Shown: positions 18,501-26,715, counted from the stretch's first letter. The stretch: 41,578 nucleotides of DNA from Candidatus Thorarchaeota archaeon (GCA_016840855.1 JAEORO010000100.1:1-41578), one strand, 5' to 3'. The notes: generated from the letters alone by a model not told the origin. Made by a program: numbers and translations.

Positions 18501-18687
18501 AGATAGCTACATAGTTTCCGCCTATATTCACGGACCGCTCAATCATGTGTGCATGATGACCACCATTTGCAAGTCCAAGTGAAGCATTGATTCCAGCCAT
18601 ACCGCCTCCAATAACAAGGACATCAGTCGGCTTCGTCTTGTGTTCTGATTCTTTAGCTGACTCGCTGACCATGGGAATATTCTCCAA
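15568..18687 (-). CDS. hdrA: Second internally duplicated HdrA (divergent, no MvhD)
   Basis: GGGMAG and GGGVSG FAD starts, FPALECSAC, inserted ferredoxin, CVGSR...C.RVCC twice, CHCG domain, C-terminal 2x[4Fe-4S]. The start may be the ATG at 18672. Confidence 0.93.
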   Translation of the reverse strand: MENIPMVSESAKESEHKTKPTDVLVIGGGMAGINASLGLANGGHHAHMIERSVNIGGNYVAIYKIFPALECSACVMTPLTSFVGKHPNITIHPLSTVEKVTGKEGDFTVTIRKKARYVNEDKCTGCQLCIRSCPVEVPNEYDKGLSLRKAIYMNFPQQIPLIATIDRDSCIGCGTCASVCPQDCIMYDDEDKLYELNVGSIVVATGFEEYRPLDYGEYGYGIFSNVVTTMEYDRQSHPTGPTDSHMVRPSDGKEPEKILFVNCVGSRDVRENISGYAKHCNRVCCSFGLKLAQVTRMHYPEDHCEIIYTYMDMRTAGKALEEFLWDSQKNRGINFIRGRVSEIQEDPDTHDLFVKMENTESGEIIEIDKISMVVLNASFRPSEGTSDLAKILKIDVDEAGWIKEKHPSASALETNRAGIFVAGCAHGPRDGTDSVNEGKGAAMAAHSILPVPMPKPVPEIPPAELGDEPRVGVFICHCGGIIGNEISSPGLAEWAKDLPNVAYATDYIFMCSDPGQQLVTDAIKEHKLNRVVVGSCSPLQHESTFRSALEAAGLSGYYLVGPVGLREHLALVHVNEDAEVRQEKAQDMIRSAVAKAVNNEVVPLKRVEVTPVSMVVGGGVSGMTAALDIARKGFEVILVEKQDKLGGRLNELYHVFPAMESAQDIVDDLVSKIKKNKHVQVLLNSKVVSRDGSYGNYDISVKNTENGELTVHRIGSMVITVGTDVYEPKQGEYGWGEVPGVISTLDLERKLRNGEIKKPPKNPVFIHCVGSRQNPGEGNRYCSRVCCSATIAMQHELKEMFPEIKIFSAYKEHIRPFAKGMEEMWRENRQNGVAYLKWNREHPVTVEKDPDGDAAIVTVYDTLAQETFKIKSEMIVLALGLEAPHDVNEFVKAMGINRGQDGFLAEMHMKYKPVETTVPGVFLGVTYAKNIGDSINQARGAASEACIPLNLGTVEIELLTAEVDQDLCVGCDLCHYSDICPYDAVSMTEIEPGVKKSVTDEMRCEGCGACCAICPTGARDLRWWREKSILEETKEMLRE

Positions 18688-18766
18688 GGTGCCGTAGTGA
18701 CATCGGCTCCAATGGGACGAGCGATATAATCTTTCTGACAGGGGCTTAATGACGTTAATTTAATTA

Positions 18767-18786
18767 TTTAGAACACGTGTTCTAAA
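18767..18786. promoter_or_regulatory. Perfect 20-bp palindrome upstream of the hdrA2 promoter
   Basis: TTTAGAACACGTGTTCTAAA equals its own reverse complement; lies about 35-40 bp upstream of the minus-strand AGAAAGATTATATCG BRE/TATA at about 18722-18736. Confidence 0.65.
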
Positions 18787-18792
18787 AGTATC

Positions 18793-18851
18793 AAAAAAAA
18801 GGACAAAAAAAGAAAATCAGTATAGAATTTGAGGAGGAATCTTGTTCCTCC
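18793..18851 (-). terminator. Hairpin plus long U-tracts terminating 18861..19937
   Basis: Minus strand GGAGGAA-CAAGA-TTCCTCC (18851-18833) followed by TTTTCTTTTTTTGTCCTTTTTTTT. Confidence 0.7.
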
Positions 18852-18860
18852 CCAATTTTG

Positions 18861-19937
18861 TTATTCTTGTGTGCTGGATTGCCGCGCTTTGAGATAGACA
18901 AAGACGATTGCTGAGATAACTATAGCAAGTAAGTAGAGTATAATCGGTATCCAAAGGAACTCAAGGCGCATCAAATAGCTAAGATCTCTTCCATATCCTC
19001 CATACTGGCTAGGCAGATATATCCACACTAAAGCAGCAATGTAGCCAGCAATCACACCCCATTTTATCTCTCTCCTAACATTGAAGATAAACATGTATGT
19101 GAATGCAAACATGAATGCAAATCCAGTTGCGAACATCACCCATATCCCTGTTGCAGCTTGAGACGCTGTAGTAGTTGCCACAACAAATGCATGAATGCCC
19201 ACAAAGCTCTCCAATAGGACAATCCATCCTTTGTTTACATGTACAACAGTGTACGCTAGTGAGATTTGAGTAAAGAGTAGGAACATGTAGAAGAACCCGC
19301 TTACCAATTGAGGATCATACGCCATCGGATGGAACCAGAATGTATAGACAATTGCCCATGCAATGATGTAAGGATGGTTTCTTCTAAAGAATCCAGAAAC
19401 ACGAGCAGTCATCGGCTTACCCATTTTCTTACCAAGAAATATACCCCGCCTCGGATTCTCAATGATAAGAATAATGGCTAGCATGACAATGACTGAACCC
19501 TGACTAGTCCAGATTGGTACATCCTGCGCAAGTCCATCGAACCAAATATGAGTCTGGACTAGGTGAAGAAATATGAAAGCCAGATTGATTATGATGGCAG
19601 CTAAATTATAGCGTGTGAGGCCTTTTGTTGGGTTTGCACGAAAGTTGGTTAGATTCTTTTGAGCCCAGTAAATTGCTCCCCACATCGAAAATTGATGGGC
19701 AAGATAGAAGCTCCATACAATAAACATAGTCATGAATTCACGTGTTGGCAGCTTCCAGAAGTACCAATCAGCTCCCTGATCTGGAAGTAGTGTTGCTAGA
19801 ACAGGGTCCAACAATGGTCCCAGTAGCCATATTATTAATGTAAATGCCACAGTAAATACAAGACCACCTGCCCATACATAATATGCAGCTCTGGAACTGG
19901 TTTCTTTAGTTTGTTCAGTATTGTTGTTCACGGTCAT
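18861..19937 (-). CDS. Polytopic membrane protein of unknown function with several membrane-proximal His residues
   Basis: About 10 hydrophobic helices; motifs YLAHQ, LHLVQTHIWFDGLAQDV, SQGSV, ENPRRG, YTFWFHPM, GIHA. Confidence 0.85.
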   Translation of the reverse strand: MTVNNNTEQTKETSSRAAYYVWAGGLVFTVAFTLIIWLLGPLLDPVLATLLPDQGADWYFWKLPTREFMTMFIVWSFYLAHQFSMWGAIYWAQKNLTNFRANPTKGLTRYNLAAIIINLAFIFLHLVQTHIWFDGLAQDVPIWTSQGSVIVMLAIILIIENPRRGIFLGKKMGKPMTARVSGFFRRNHPYIIAWAIVYTFWFHPMAYDPQLVSGFFYMFLLFTQISLAYTVVHVNKGWIVLLESFVGIHAFVVATTTASQAATGIWVMFATGFAFMFAFTYMFIFNVRREIKWGVIAGYIAALVWIYLPSQYGGYGRDLSYLMRLEFLWIPIILYLLAIVISAIVFVYLKARQSSTQE

Positions 19938-20050
19938 GAATTTCCTCTCTCAAATTAGTTTGCAAGGGTGAAACCTAGTATTCATAAATCTCACTGTTAA
20001 CTCCAAGAAAATATAACTCGGGCTTTGCGCTTTTATTGGGTGGTGACAAT

Positions 20051-20383
20051 ATGACCAAAGGAAAAATACTCACAATGCTTCAGAGCCTCGGGGAACGTTT
20101 CGAAGACCCGAAGATTCAACGTCGATTCAAAGATTACAACAAAGCCCTTCAATTCATCTTTCCAGACATTGATACAAAGATGTTCATGAAAATTGGCGAT
20201 GCACAGCTCCTTGAAGTAGCAGAAGGTGAAACTGATGCGGAGTTGCAAGTGACAATGGACTCCACCGTATTCTTCGCAATCATAGAGAAGACCGAGAGCC
20301 CTATGGCTGCATATTCCGCTGGTAAACTCAAGACAAAGGGCGAAGTGCCAGACTTACTGAAGTTACAAAAATTACTCCTATGA
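20051..20383 (+). CDS. SCP2 (sterol carrier protein 2)-like lipid-binding domain protein
   Basis: LQF.FPD...EGETDAELQVTMDS.VF.AI....SPMAAYSAGKLKTKGEVPDLLKLQKL is the SCP2 pattern; ATG at 20051 follows GGTGA. Confidence 0.88.
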   Translation: MTKGKILTMLQSLGERFEDPKIQRRFKDYNKALQFIFPDIDTKMFMKIGDAQLLEVAEGETDAELQVTMDSTVFFAIIEKTESPMAAYSAGKLKTKGEVPDLLKLQKLLL

Positions 20384-20722
20384 TTTAGGTTCCTTATCCA
20401 CAACCACCGATACGAGCTCACGCATACGAACCATCTGTGCTCTAACTCGTTCTGCTCCCTCCTTGGTTAAAACAGCAAAAGTTGTTGGTTTTAAATCAAC
20501 AAATCTCTTTGAGATTCGAATAAGACCTAATTCTTCCAGCTTTCTCAGATGGCTAGACAAATTTCCAGATGTAAGTCCAAGTTTCTTTTGAAGCACTGGG
20601 AATGTTGCATGCTGTGTAAAATAGAGGTAGACTAGAACGGAGAGTCGTGTGGGGACCATGGTTTCACGGTCTTCTTCTATGAGTCCTACTAATGCTGATA
20701 GGAGGTCCCCATCGAGACTCAC
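20378..20722 (-). CDS. Winged-helix transcriptional regulator (HTH_34/ArsR-like)
   Basis: PTRLSVL...FPVLQKKLGLTSGNLSSHLRKLEELGLI...KPTT...LTKEG. Confidence 0.88.
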   Translation of the reverse strand: MSLDGDLLSALVGLIEEDRETMVPTRLSVLVYLYFTQHATFPVLQKKLGLTSGNLSSHLRKLEELGLIRISKRFVDLKPTTFAVLTKEGAERVRAQMVRMRELVSVVVDKEPKS

Positions 20723-20724
20723 GT

Positions 20725-21405
20725 CTATCCCTTTCCTTTGCTTTCCAAAAGTAATCGTTCAGCTGTGATTAGCATGTATATTCCAATGATGTAGATTCCT
20801 CCCATGTCGGCGACTATCAGGAAGACATGCGCTCTATCCAGAAACAACAGCATCGGGATGATACTAAGAAAGACAACAATTGCAAAATAGAGGTGCTCAC
20901 GAGAATAGAACTCATAACCGCTTTGTTGTTTTCTACCTCCGAGGTAGTTTGACAGGAAACCGATTCCCATTATTAATTGAAGAGCTGGTGCGAAATATTG
21001 CCCGGTGCCGGTTGAGAATGTCACGAAAGATAGAACTACGATGGCAATCGCCAGAATTCCCCACACTATAAAGGCTTTCCAATCTCCATCAGGAGTGGTT
21101 TCAACTTTTGGGTACGATTGTGTGAGCGGCAGAACTAATCTAAAGGCAACAGCCCAAGAGAAGATTAGACTGAGCGCTACAAATCCCAGATTGACCAATA
21201 TTGGATTTCCCTGACTAAAAATATCCTGCAGTGACATATAGATTAACGTCGCGAATGATATTCCTCCTGCAATTATCAGATAGACCAGACCTGCAGCTCT
21301 TCGTGCAACAACTGCCGGGTACTTATCGACTAAGTCTGTAAGAAGCAGCAGTTGTTTCGCCTTCTCAGTTAATTCATCTTCTACGTTGCCATTTTCGGAG
21401 TTCAT
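20725..21405 (-). CDS. Membrane protein (about 6 TM helices) co-transcribed with the wHTH regulator
   Basis: Six hydrophobic segments; GAGGTGA SD; 2-nt gap to the regulator gene. Confidence 0.8.
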   Translation of the reverse strand: MNSENGNVEDELTEKAKQLLLLTDLVDKYPAVVARRAAGLVYLIIAGGISFATLIYMSLQDIFSQGNPILVNLGFVALSLIFSWAVAFRLVLPLTQSYPKVETTPDGDWKAFIVWGILAIAIVVLSFVTFSTGTGQYFAPALQLIMGIGFLSNYLGGRKQQSGYEFYSREHLYFAIVVFLSIIPMLLFLDRAHVFLIVADMGGIYIIGIYMLITAERLLLESKGKG

Positions 21406-21465
21406 GAATTCACCTCACTTGTACAACACATTTTCACTTTCATAAACCTCCCTAATAACTCTAAT

Positions 21466-21495
21466 AGAAAAAAGGATGGAGTCCCGAAGGACTCC
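21466..21495 (-). terminator. cUUCGg hairpin plus U-tract after the ABC permease stop
   Basis: Minus strand GGAGTCC-TTCG-GGACTCC (21495-21478) followed by ATCCTTTTTTC. Confidence 0.75.
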
Positions 21496-22655
21496 TAGCG
21501 AGAACCGAGTTTCTCGAAAAGCAAGACTCCCACTGTTATGACCAGAACTCCTACTATTGACACGATGGCAAGCTCGACCCAGATCACTGTGGTAGTTATT
21601 GGAGCTCCTCTGAGGAACAGGGTTGTTATCGCATCAGTGAGGTGCTTGCTTGGCATGAAATTGGCGAACACCTCGATTCCGCCTCCAAGAGGCATGAAAG
21701 TCCCAAGAAAAAGCTGAGGCATGATAAAGGCAAAGCTTACCCCTGTAGAAGTTTCAGCAGACTTGGAGATTGTCGCAGAAATCAGTCCAAAACCAACAGA
21801 CACTAGTGCGAATGCCAGAGTGATTATAAAGGTGAACGCAATCCCTGCAATTCCTGTCGAAGGTCTGTACCCAATCATGTATGAGGCTGCAAGGACAAGA
21901 ATCACTTGGACGACTGCAATGATCATATAGGCTAATGTGTGACCCAGTATGTAGTCAGCTGATGAAGCTGGTGTTGTTTTGAGTCGCCTCAAGAGACCCT
22001 CATCTCTCTCCACTGTCATCGACTGTGCTACAATCATAGTCATGAATATCGCTGCGAAGGCAAAGATTCCCGGGGCCATGAAGTCCCACTGTGTAAGAGT
22101 GCTCGACTCCACGAGAGCTGGACTGCCAATATCTACAGGTAGACCAATGGTAACTGCTTCCTCCCCAAAGATGGTCTTCAGGAGTGCCTCTTGGACGAGC
22201 GGTGGAATAGCTGAAACAGCCATCATAGAGCCACTGTCGACATACAGTCCAAGTGTTGTGTTCTCCCATGCGCTCGGATCGAAGGGTGATCCAAAGTACG
22301 AGATCACACTGTTTCCAAATCCTTCTGGTATTACAAGGAACGCATCGAGGTTGCCCTGTAGGAGAGCTTCATGTCCAGTGGCATTGTCGTCGAAATCATG
22401 TACGACAAACACGTCCGATGAGCTCAGATTGTCTATGAATGCATCACTCCACTCAGCATGTGGACTTGTAACATCGAGATTCAGAAGGCCCACATCAAAA
22501 CTTGTGGTCCCACCTCCTCCAATTCCTCCAAACGCAAGTCCAAAGATGAAAGTCATCGCGAGTGGGAAGATAATAAGAAGAAAGAGAACTGCAGGCTCTC
22601 TGGTAAACATCTTTAGATTCTTTTTTGTCAGAGCAAGTATTCTTCGTCTGTTCAT
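21495..22655 (-). CDS. ABC-2 type exporter permease
   Basis: N-terminal TM helix, extracellular loop, ERDEGLLRRLKTTP motif, five further TM helices. Confidence 0.92.
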   Translation of the reverse strand: MNRRRILALTKKNLKMFTREPAVLFLLIIFPLAMTFIFGLAFGGIGGGGTTSFDVGLLNLDVTSPHAEWSDAFIDNLSSSDVFVVHDFDDNATGHEALLQGNLDAFLVIPEGFGNSVISYFGSPFDPSAWENTTLGLYVDSGSMMAVSAIPPLVQEALLKTIFGEEAVTIGLPVDIGSPALVESSTLTQWDFMAPGIFAFAAIFMTMIVAQSMTVERDEGLLRRLKTTPASSADYILGHTLAYMIIAVVQVILVLAASYMIGYRPSTGIAGIAFTFIITLAFALVSVGFGLISATISKSAETSTGVSFAFIMPQLFLGTFMPLGGGIEVFANFMPSKHLTDAITTLFLRGAPITTTVIWVELAIVSIVGVLVITVGVLLFEKLGSR

Positions 22656-22657
22656 TT

Positions 22658-23404
22658 CTACACTGCCTCCCTCAACTTCTTCCCAGTTAGTTTCAGGAAG
22701 ACTTCCTCCAGATTTTTGGCTTGGTGTTTTTTCATCAGTTCTTCAGGAGACCCGATTTCAATCAGTCTGCCCTCATCAATGATGGCAACTCTATCGCAGA
22801 GCTCTTGAGCCTCCTCCATATAATGGGTGGTAAGGATGATAGCTTTGCCATTCTTCTTCAATTCTCGAATGAAGTCCCAAACTGCGCGTCTAGATTGTGG
22901 ATCCATCGCAACAGTAGGTTCATCCAATAGAGCAATCTTTGGGTCATTCACCAATGCCATGAGCATACTGATCCGACGAATCATACCGCCGCTGTATTCC
23001 TTGGCAAGTCTCTTAATGTGGTCTTCCATACCAATCTTCTCGACCATTGTCCTGACTCGTTCTTTCAGGATTTCTTTTGGTACGAGATGCATTTCACCGA
23101 TGAGAGCGATGTTCTCTTCACCAGTAAGGAACCTATAGAATGCAGGTTCTTGAGGACAAACACCAATTACCTCGCGAACACCTTCTGGGTCAAAGACTAC
23201 ATCATGTCCATCGATGGTTGCTGAACCATTTGTTGGTTCCAGAAGTGTGCTGAGGATATTGACTGTTGTACTCTTGCCTGCACCATTGGGCCCGAGTATA
23301 CCAAAAAGCTCTCCCCAGCCAATCTCTAGACTGAGGTCATCAAGAGCCGTTAGATCCCCGAACCGCTTTGATAGATTTGAAATCGTTATTGCAGATTCAG
23401 ACAT
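22658..23404 (-). CDS. ABC exporter ATP-binding subunit (DrrA-like)
   Basis: GPNGAGKST, YSGGM, LLDEPT, TTHYMEEA, LEEVFLKLTG. Confidence 0.95.
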   Translation of the reverse strand: MSESAITISNLSKRFGDLTALDDLSLEIGWGELFGILGPNGAGKSTTVNILSTLLEPTNGSATIDGHDVVFDPEGVREVIGVCPQEPAFYRFLTGEENIALIGEMHLVPKEILKERVRTMVEKIGMEDHIKRLAKEYSGGMIRRISMLMALVNDPKIALLDEPTVAMDPQSRRAVWDFIRELKKNGKAIILTTHYMEEAQELCDRVAIIDEGRLIEIGSPEELMKKHQAKNLEEVFLKLTGKKLREAV

Positions 23405-23560
23405 TGTAAATCACGATTCTAAGCATGCATAGAATGAATATAAGGAGTCGACAATCTTTGAACTACATTGAGGTTTGTACCGCAAACTAGTCTGTTGCTA
23501 TTGAAAGTCGCTGAATCTTTAAAGGGACGAACCAATACTGATTTCTTCTGAAACTGGAGG

Positions 23561-24598
23561 TTGAATTGCTTGCGAGTTCTCATCACAGCTCCCTTCACAG
23601 AGTCTGGACTAAAAGAGCTACAGGGTGCTGGTCTTGAAGTCACCTACCAAAGTTGGCTAGAAACCGGTAAACTCCACATGGGCGCGTCTTTACTTCAGAT
23701 CATCAAGGATGGTGACTATCAAATTATCATTGTGGAGGGTGATGAGATAAAAGAGGAAATCATCGAAAATACTGAATTGAAACTGATTGGATCGGTCAGG
23801 GGGTCTCCCAATAACATATCCCTCCAAGCGGCAACTGCTAAAAAAATTCCAGTAATTGCAGTACCTGGTAGGAATACCATTGCTGTAGCTGAACACACAA
23901 TCGCACTAATGCTGGCTCAAGCAAGGAATATCATAGCCGCTGAGAGATTCCTCAAGAATGACTTCTTTGTGGATGACTTCAAAGACTTTGCACAAATGTA
24001 CACTAATCTGATAGGCTTTGAGCTCTTTGGGCGGACGGTTGGGCTGATTGGACTTGGTCAGATTGGTTTTGAAGTGGCTAAACGTCTGCAAGGCTTTGGC
24101 ATGGAGATTCTTGTGGTTGATCCATATGTGGACTCTGATAGGGTCAAGGAAGTAAGCGGAAGAATGGTCGAGCTTGATGAATTATTGGCAAAATCTGATA
24201 TTGTTACCATTCATTGCCCCTCTTCAGAAGAAACTCAAGGTATGCTAGGCGCTAAAGAATTTGAAAAAATGAAAAAGACTGCTGTTCTAATTAATACTGC
24301 AAGAGCATCGATAACCGATGAATATGCACTTCTTGATGCGTTGAAAAAAAGCACAATTGCAGGTGCAGGATTGGATGTTTTCTCTATGGAACCAGTTGAC
24401 TGTGACAATGAGTTTCTTGAACTTGACAATGTTACAGTGATGCCTCATATGGGTGGAAATACTGTTGAAACGGTTCAGCGTCAATCAAATAGCATTGTAA
24501 TTAATATCCAAGCTTTTCTTAAAGGTCAGCAACCTCCGAATATATTGAATCCAGAGGTCTTCAATAAGGGGAATAAACATGGTAGTAGCCGCAATTGA
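23561..24598 (+). CDS. D-isomer-specific 2-hydroxyacid dehydrogenase family protein
   Basis: GLIGLGQIG, INTARA, LDVFSMEP, PHMGG (R/E/H triad intact); RGSPNN...PGRN subfamily pattern. The start may be the TTG at 23570. Confidence 0.92.
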   Translation: MNCLRVLITAPFTESGLKELQGAGLEVTYQSWLETGKLHMGASLLQIIKDGDYQIIIVEGDEIKEEIIENTELKLIGSVRGSPNNISLQAATAKKIPVIAVPGRNTIAVAEHTIALMLAQARNIIAAERFLKNDFFVDDFKDFAQMYTNLIGFELFGRTVGLIGLGQIGFEVAKRLQGFGMEILVVDPYVDSDRVKEVSGRMVELDELLAKSDIVTIHCPSSEETQGMLGAKEFEKMKKTAVLINTARASITDEYALLDALKKSTIAGAGLDVFSMEPVDCDNEFLELDNVTVMPHMGGNTVETVQRQSNSIVINIQAFLKGQQPPNILNPEVFNKGNKHGSSRN

Positions 24599-26078
24599 TG
24601 CAGGCACAACTGGTGTCCGGTGTATGATTGTCGATAATAAGGGAAATTCTCCAGGAATATCGAGGACATCATGGGATTATACGACACCTCCTGAATTAGA
24701 GATTGCCAAGGAATTCAATCCCTCTCAATTTTGGAAACTTATCTGCTCAGTTATCAAAGGTGCAGTCAAACACTCTGGAATTAAACCCTCGGATCTGAAG
24801 GCTGTAGCAACAACCAGTCAACGACACGGGCTCGTGTTACTTGACTCAAATGGAAACGAGTTGCATGGAGGCCCAAACATTGATGCTCGCGGTGCGATGA
24901 CTCAATATCTCATTGATGAATCTCTCGGCGAAACTTATCACGAAATCACTGGGTGCTGGCCACCAATGATGTTTGCTCCATCTCGACTGGCTTGGTTTGA
25001 GGAAGAACAACCAGAGCTTTACGAAAAGGTAGCTCATCTTCTTCCCATCAGTGATTGGATAACTTTCAAACTATCTGGAGTGTACGTGACCGACAAATCA
25101 TCTGCTAGCGCTACCGGTTTTCTTGATGTTCGGAGTAACAAATGGAGCGAAGAAGTTGCTTCAGCTCTTAACACAGACTTGAGTATCCTACCCGAGATTC
25201 GAAAAGCAGGTGAAGTGGTAGGCGAGGTAAATTCTGAGGCAAAAAAGGAATGCGGTCTCCCAAAGGGAATTCCTGTGGTTCAAGCAGGCACTGACACTCA
25301 TTGCGCGCTTCTTGCAAGTGAGTCAAAGGTGGGTGAAATTTCTGTGATAGCAGGAAGTACCACTCCAGTGATGATGATAATTGATCAATGTCTATGTGTT
25401 GAAGATCAGAAAATCTGGACCGGATCCCATATGAAAGAAGATCAATGGGTTCTTGAAAGCAATGCAACTCTGACTGGAGCTGTCTTAGAATGGGTCGTAA
25501 AACTCCTTTGTGAACTTTCTGATGATCCAGTGAAATGTAGAAAGAAGACGTTTGAGAATCTTGATTACTTAATGAATGATATTCCTCCAGGAAGCGAAGA
25601 AACCTTTGTCAACCTTGGTCCAAATGTAATGGACTGTCAGCAAATAACCGATCTGAAGCAAGCACGAATGGTCTTTCCACAACCAGCTTTGCCGCAGGTC
25701 ACTCCATTAAACTCTGCTAGAATGATTCATGCAGTCCTAGAGAACGTTGCGTTTGCAGTCAGAGGAAATATTGAACAGCTTGAGCTATATGGAATATCTA
25801 GTGGTGTGAAGGTAATCGGAGGAATGAGTCAATCTACAACATGGCCACAACTCTTGGCGAATGTTCTAAACAAGCCTATCAGCACTCCTGTTCAATATGA
25901 GGGCAGTCTCCTAGGTGCTGCAATATGTGCAACTATAGGTGCAGGATATTACTCCTCTATTGATAAAGCCGCATCAGCAATGGTTCGCTGGAAACCTGCA
26001 TATCAACCTGATAGCCGCGCGGAGTTGTACGGTCGATATTATTCAAGATGGCATGAATTGAGATGTGAGGGTAACTGA
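24579..26078 (+). CDS. FGGY carbohydrate kinase, LsrK-like
   Basis: IDAGTT, TTSQRHG, NIDAR, ISDWITFKLSG, GTD, AGST, IGGMSQS, GAAICA. Confidence 0.9.
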   Translation: MVVAAIDAGTTGVRCMIVDNKGNSPGISRTSWDYTTPPELEIAKEFNPSQFWKLICSVIKGAVKHSGIKPSDLKAVATTSQRHGLVLLDSNGNELHGGPNIDARGAMTQYLIDESLGETYHEITGCWPPMMFAPSRLAWFEEEQPELYEKVAHLLPISDWITFKLSGVYVTDKSSASATGFLDVRSNKWSEEVASALNTDLSILPEIRKAGEVVGEVNSEAKKECGLPKGIPVVQAGTDTHCALLASESKVGEISVIAGSTTPVMMIIDQCLCVEDQKIWTGSHMKEDQWVLESNATLTGAVLEWVVKLLCELSDDPVKCRKKTFENLDYLMNDIPPGSEETFVNLGPNVMDCQQITDLKQARMVFPQPALPQVTPLNSARMIHAVLENVAFAVRGNIEQLELYGISSGVKVIGGMSQSTTWPQLLANVLNKPISTPVQYEGSLLGAAICATIGAGYYSSIDKAASAMVRWKPAYQPDSRAELYGRYYSRWHELRCEGN

Positions 26079-26079
26079 G

Positions 26080-26715
26080 ATGTATGAGAAGGAGAAAAAA
26101 GAATTACTGGACATATGCCTAGAGATGGTAAAGCACGACTTGGTGATAGGTTCATCAGGAAATGCTAGTCTTAGAGTTGAGGATCATGTTGTTATTTCCC
26201 CAAGTTCTGTTCACTATGTTGAGATGACCCCTGATGATGTAGTAGTGATTGACATGGATGGAAACGAGATAGAAGGCACCAGGAATCCCAGTGTTGAAAA
26301 ACCAATGCATCTTGAGATATACAAGAACCGTAGTGATGCCTTCGCTGTTGTCCACACTCACAGTTTGTATGCGTCCGCGATGGCAATTCTCCACGAACCC
26401 CTGCCACCTATACTCGATGAACTAGTACCAAAACTTGGTGCTGGGATGCGAGTAAGTAAGTATGCAATGCCTGGTACGCAACAGCTAGGAAAGAATGTGG
26501 TCGAAGTGCTTGAGGATCGCAGCGCGGCACTGATAGCTAATCATGGCGCAGTATCTTGTGCAAAGACCTTGAAGGACGCACTATTTCTTTCTATTCTGCT
26601 AGAACGTGCCTGTAAAATCTACATGACTGCTAAACAGGTAGGGAAACCTATAGAACTTCCAGAGGATGTTGTTGAGGACGAGCAAGATATCTGGGAGATG
26701 CTGCATGAATTCTGA
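26080..26715 (+). CDS. Class II aldolase (L-fuculose-1-phosphate aldolase-like)
   Basis: SSGNASLR, NPSVEKPMH (catalytic Glu), VHTHS and NHG Zn ligands; ATG at 26080 follows GAGGG. Confidence 0.9.
   Translation: MYEKEKKELLDICLEMVKHDLVIGSSGNASLRVEDHVVISPSSVHYVEMTPDDVVVIDMDGNEIEGTRNPSVEKPMHLEIYKNRSDAFAVVHTHSLYASAMAILHEPLPPILDELVPKLGAGMRVSKYAMPGTQQLGKNVVEVLEDRSAALIANHGAVSCAKTLKDALFLSILLERACKIYMTAKQVGKPIELPEDVVEDEQDIWEMLHEF

Noticed and set aside
10130-18687. Selenocysteine recoding in HdrA/MvhD, known selenoproteins in some archaea including Asgard lineages
   Set aside because: Both ORFs are uninterrupted, the relevant motifs are all Cys (LDCSMC, LECSAC, CNWCSY, GDCHY), the terminal TGA of hdrA2 falls at a normal C-terminus, and I saw no convincing SECIS.
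21979-22782. 267-aa plus-strand ORF
   Set aside because: Antisense shadow of the ABC permease/ATPase, S/P/R-rich with no recognisable motifs. The same applies to the many short antisense ORFs in the track.
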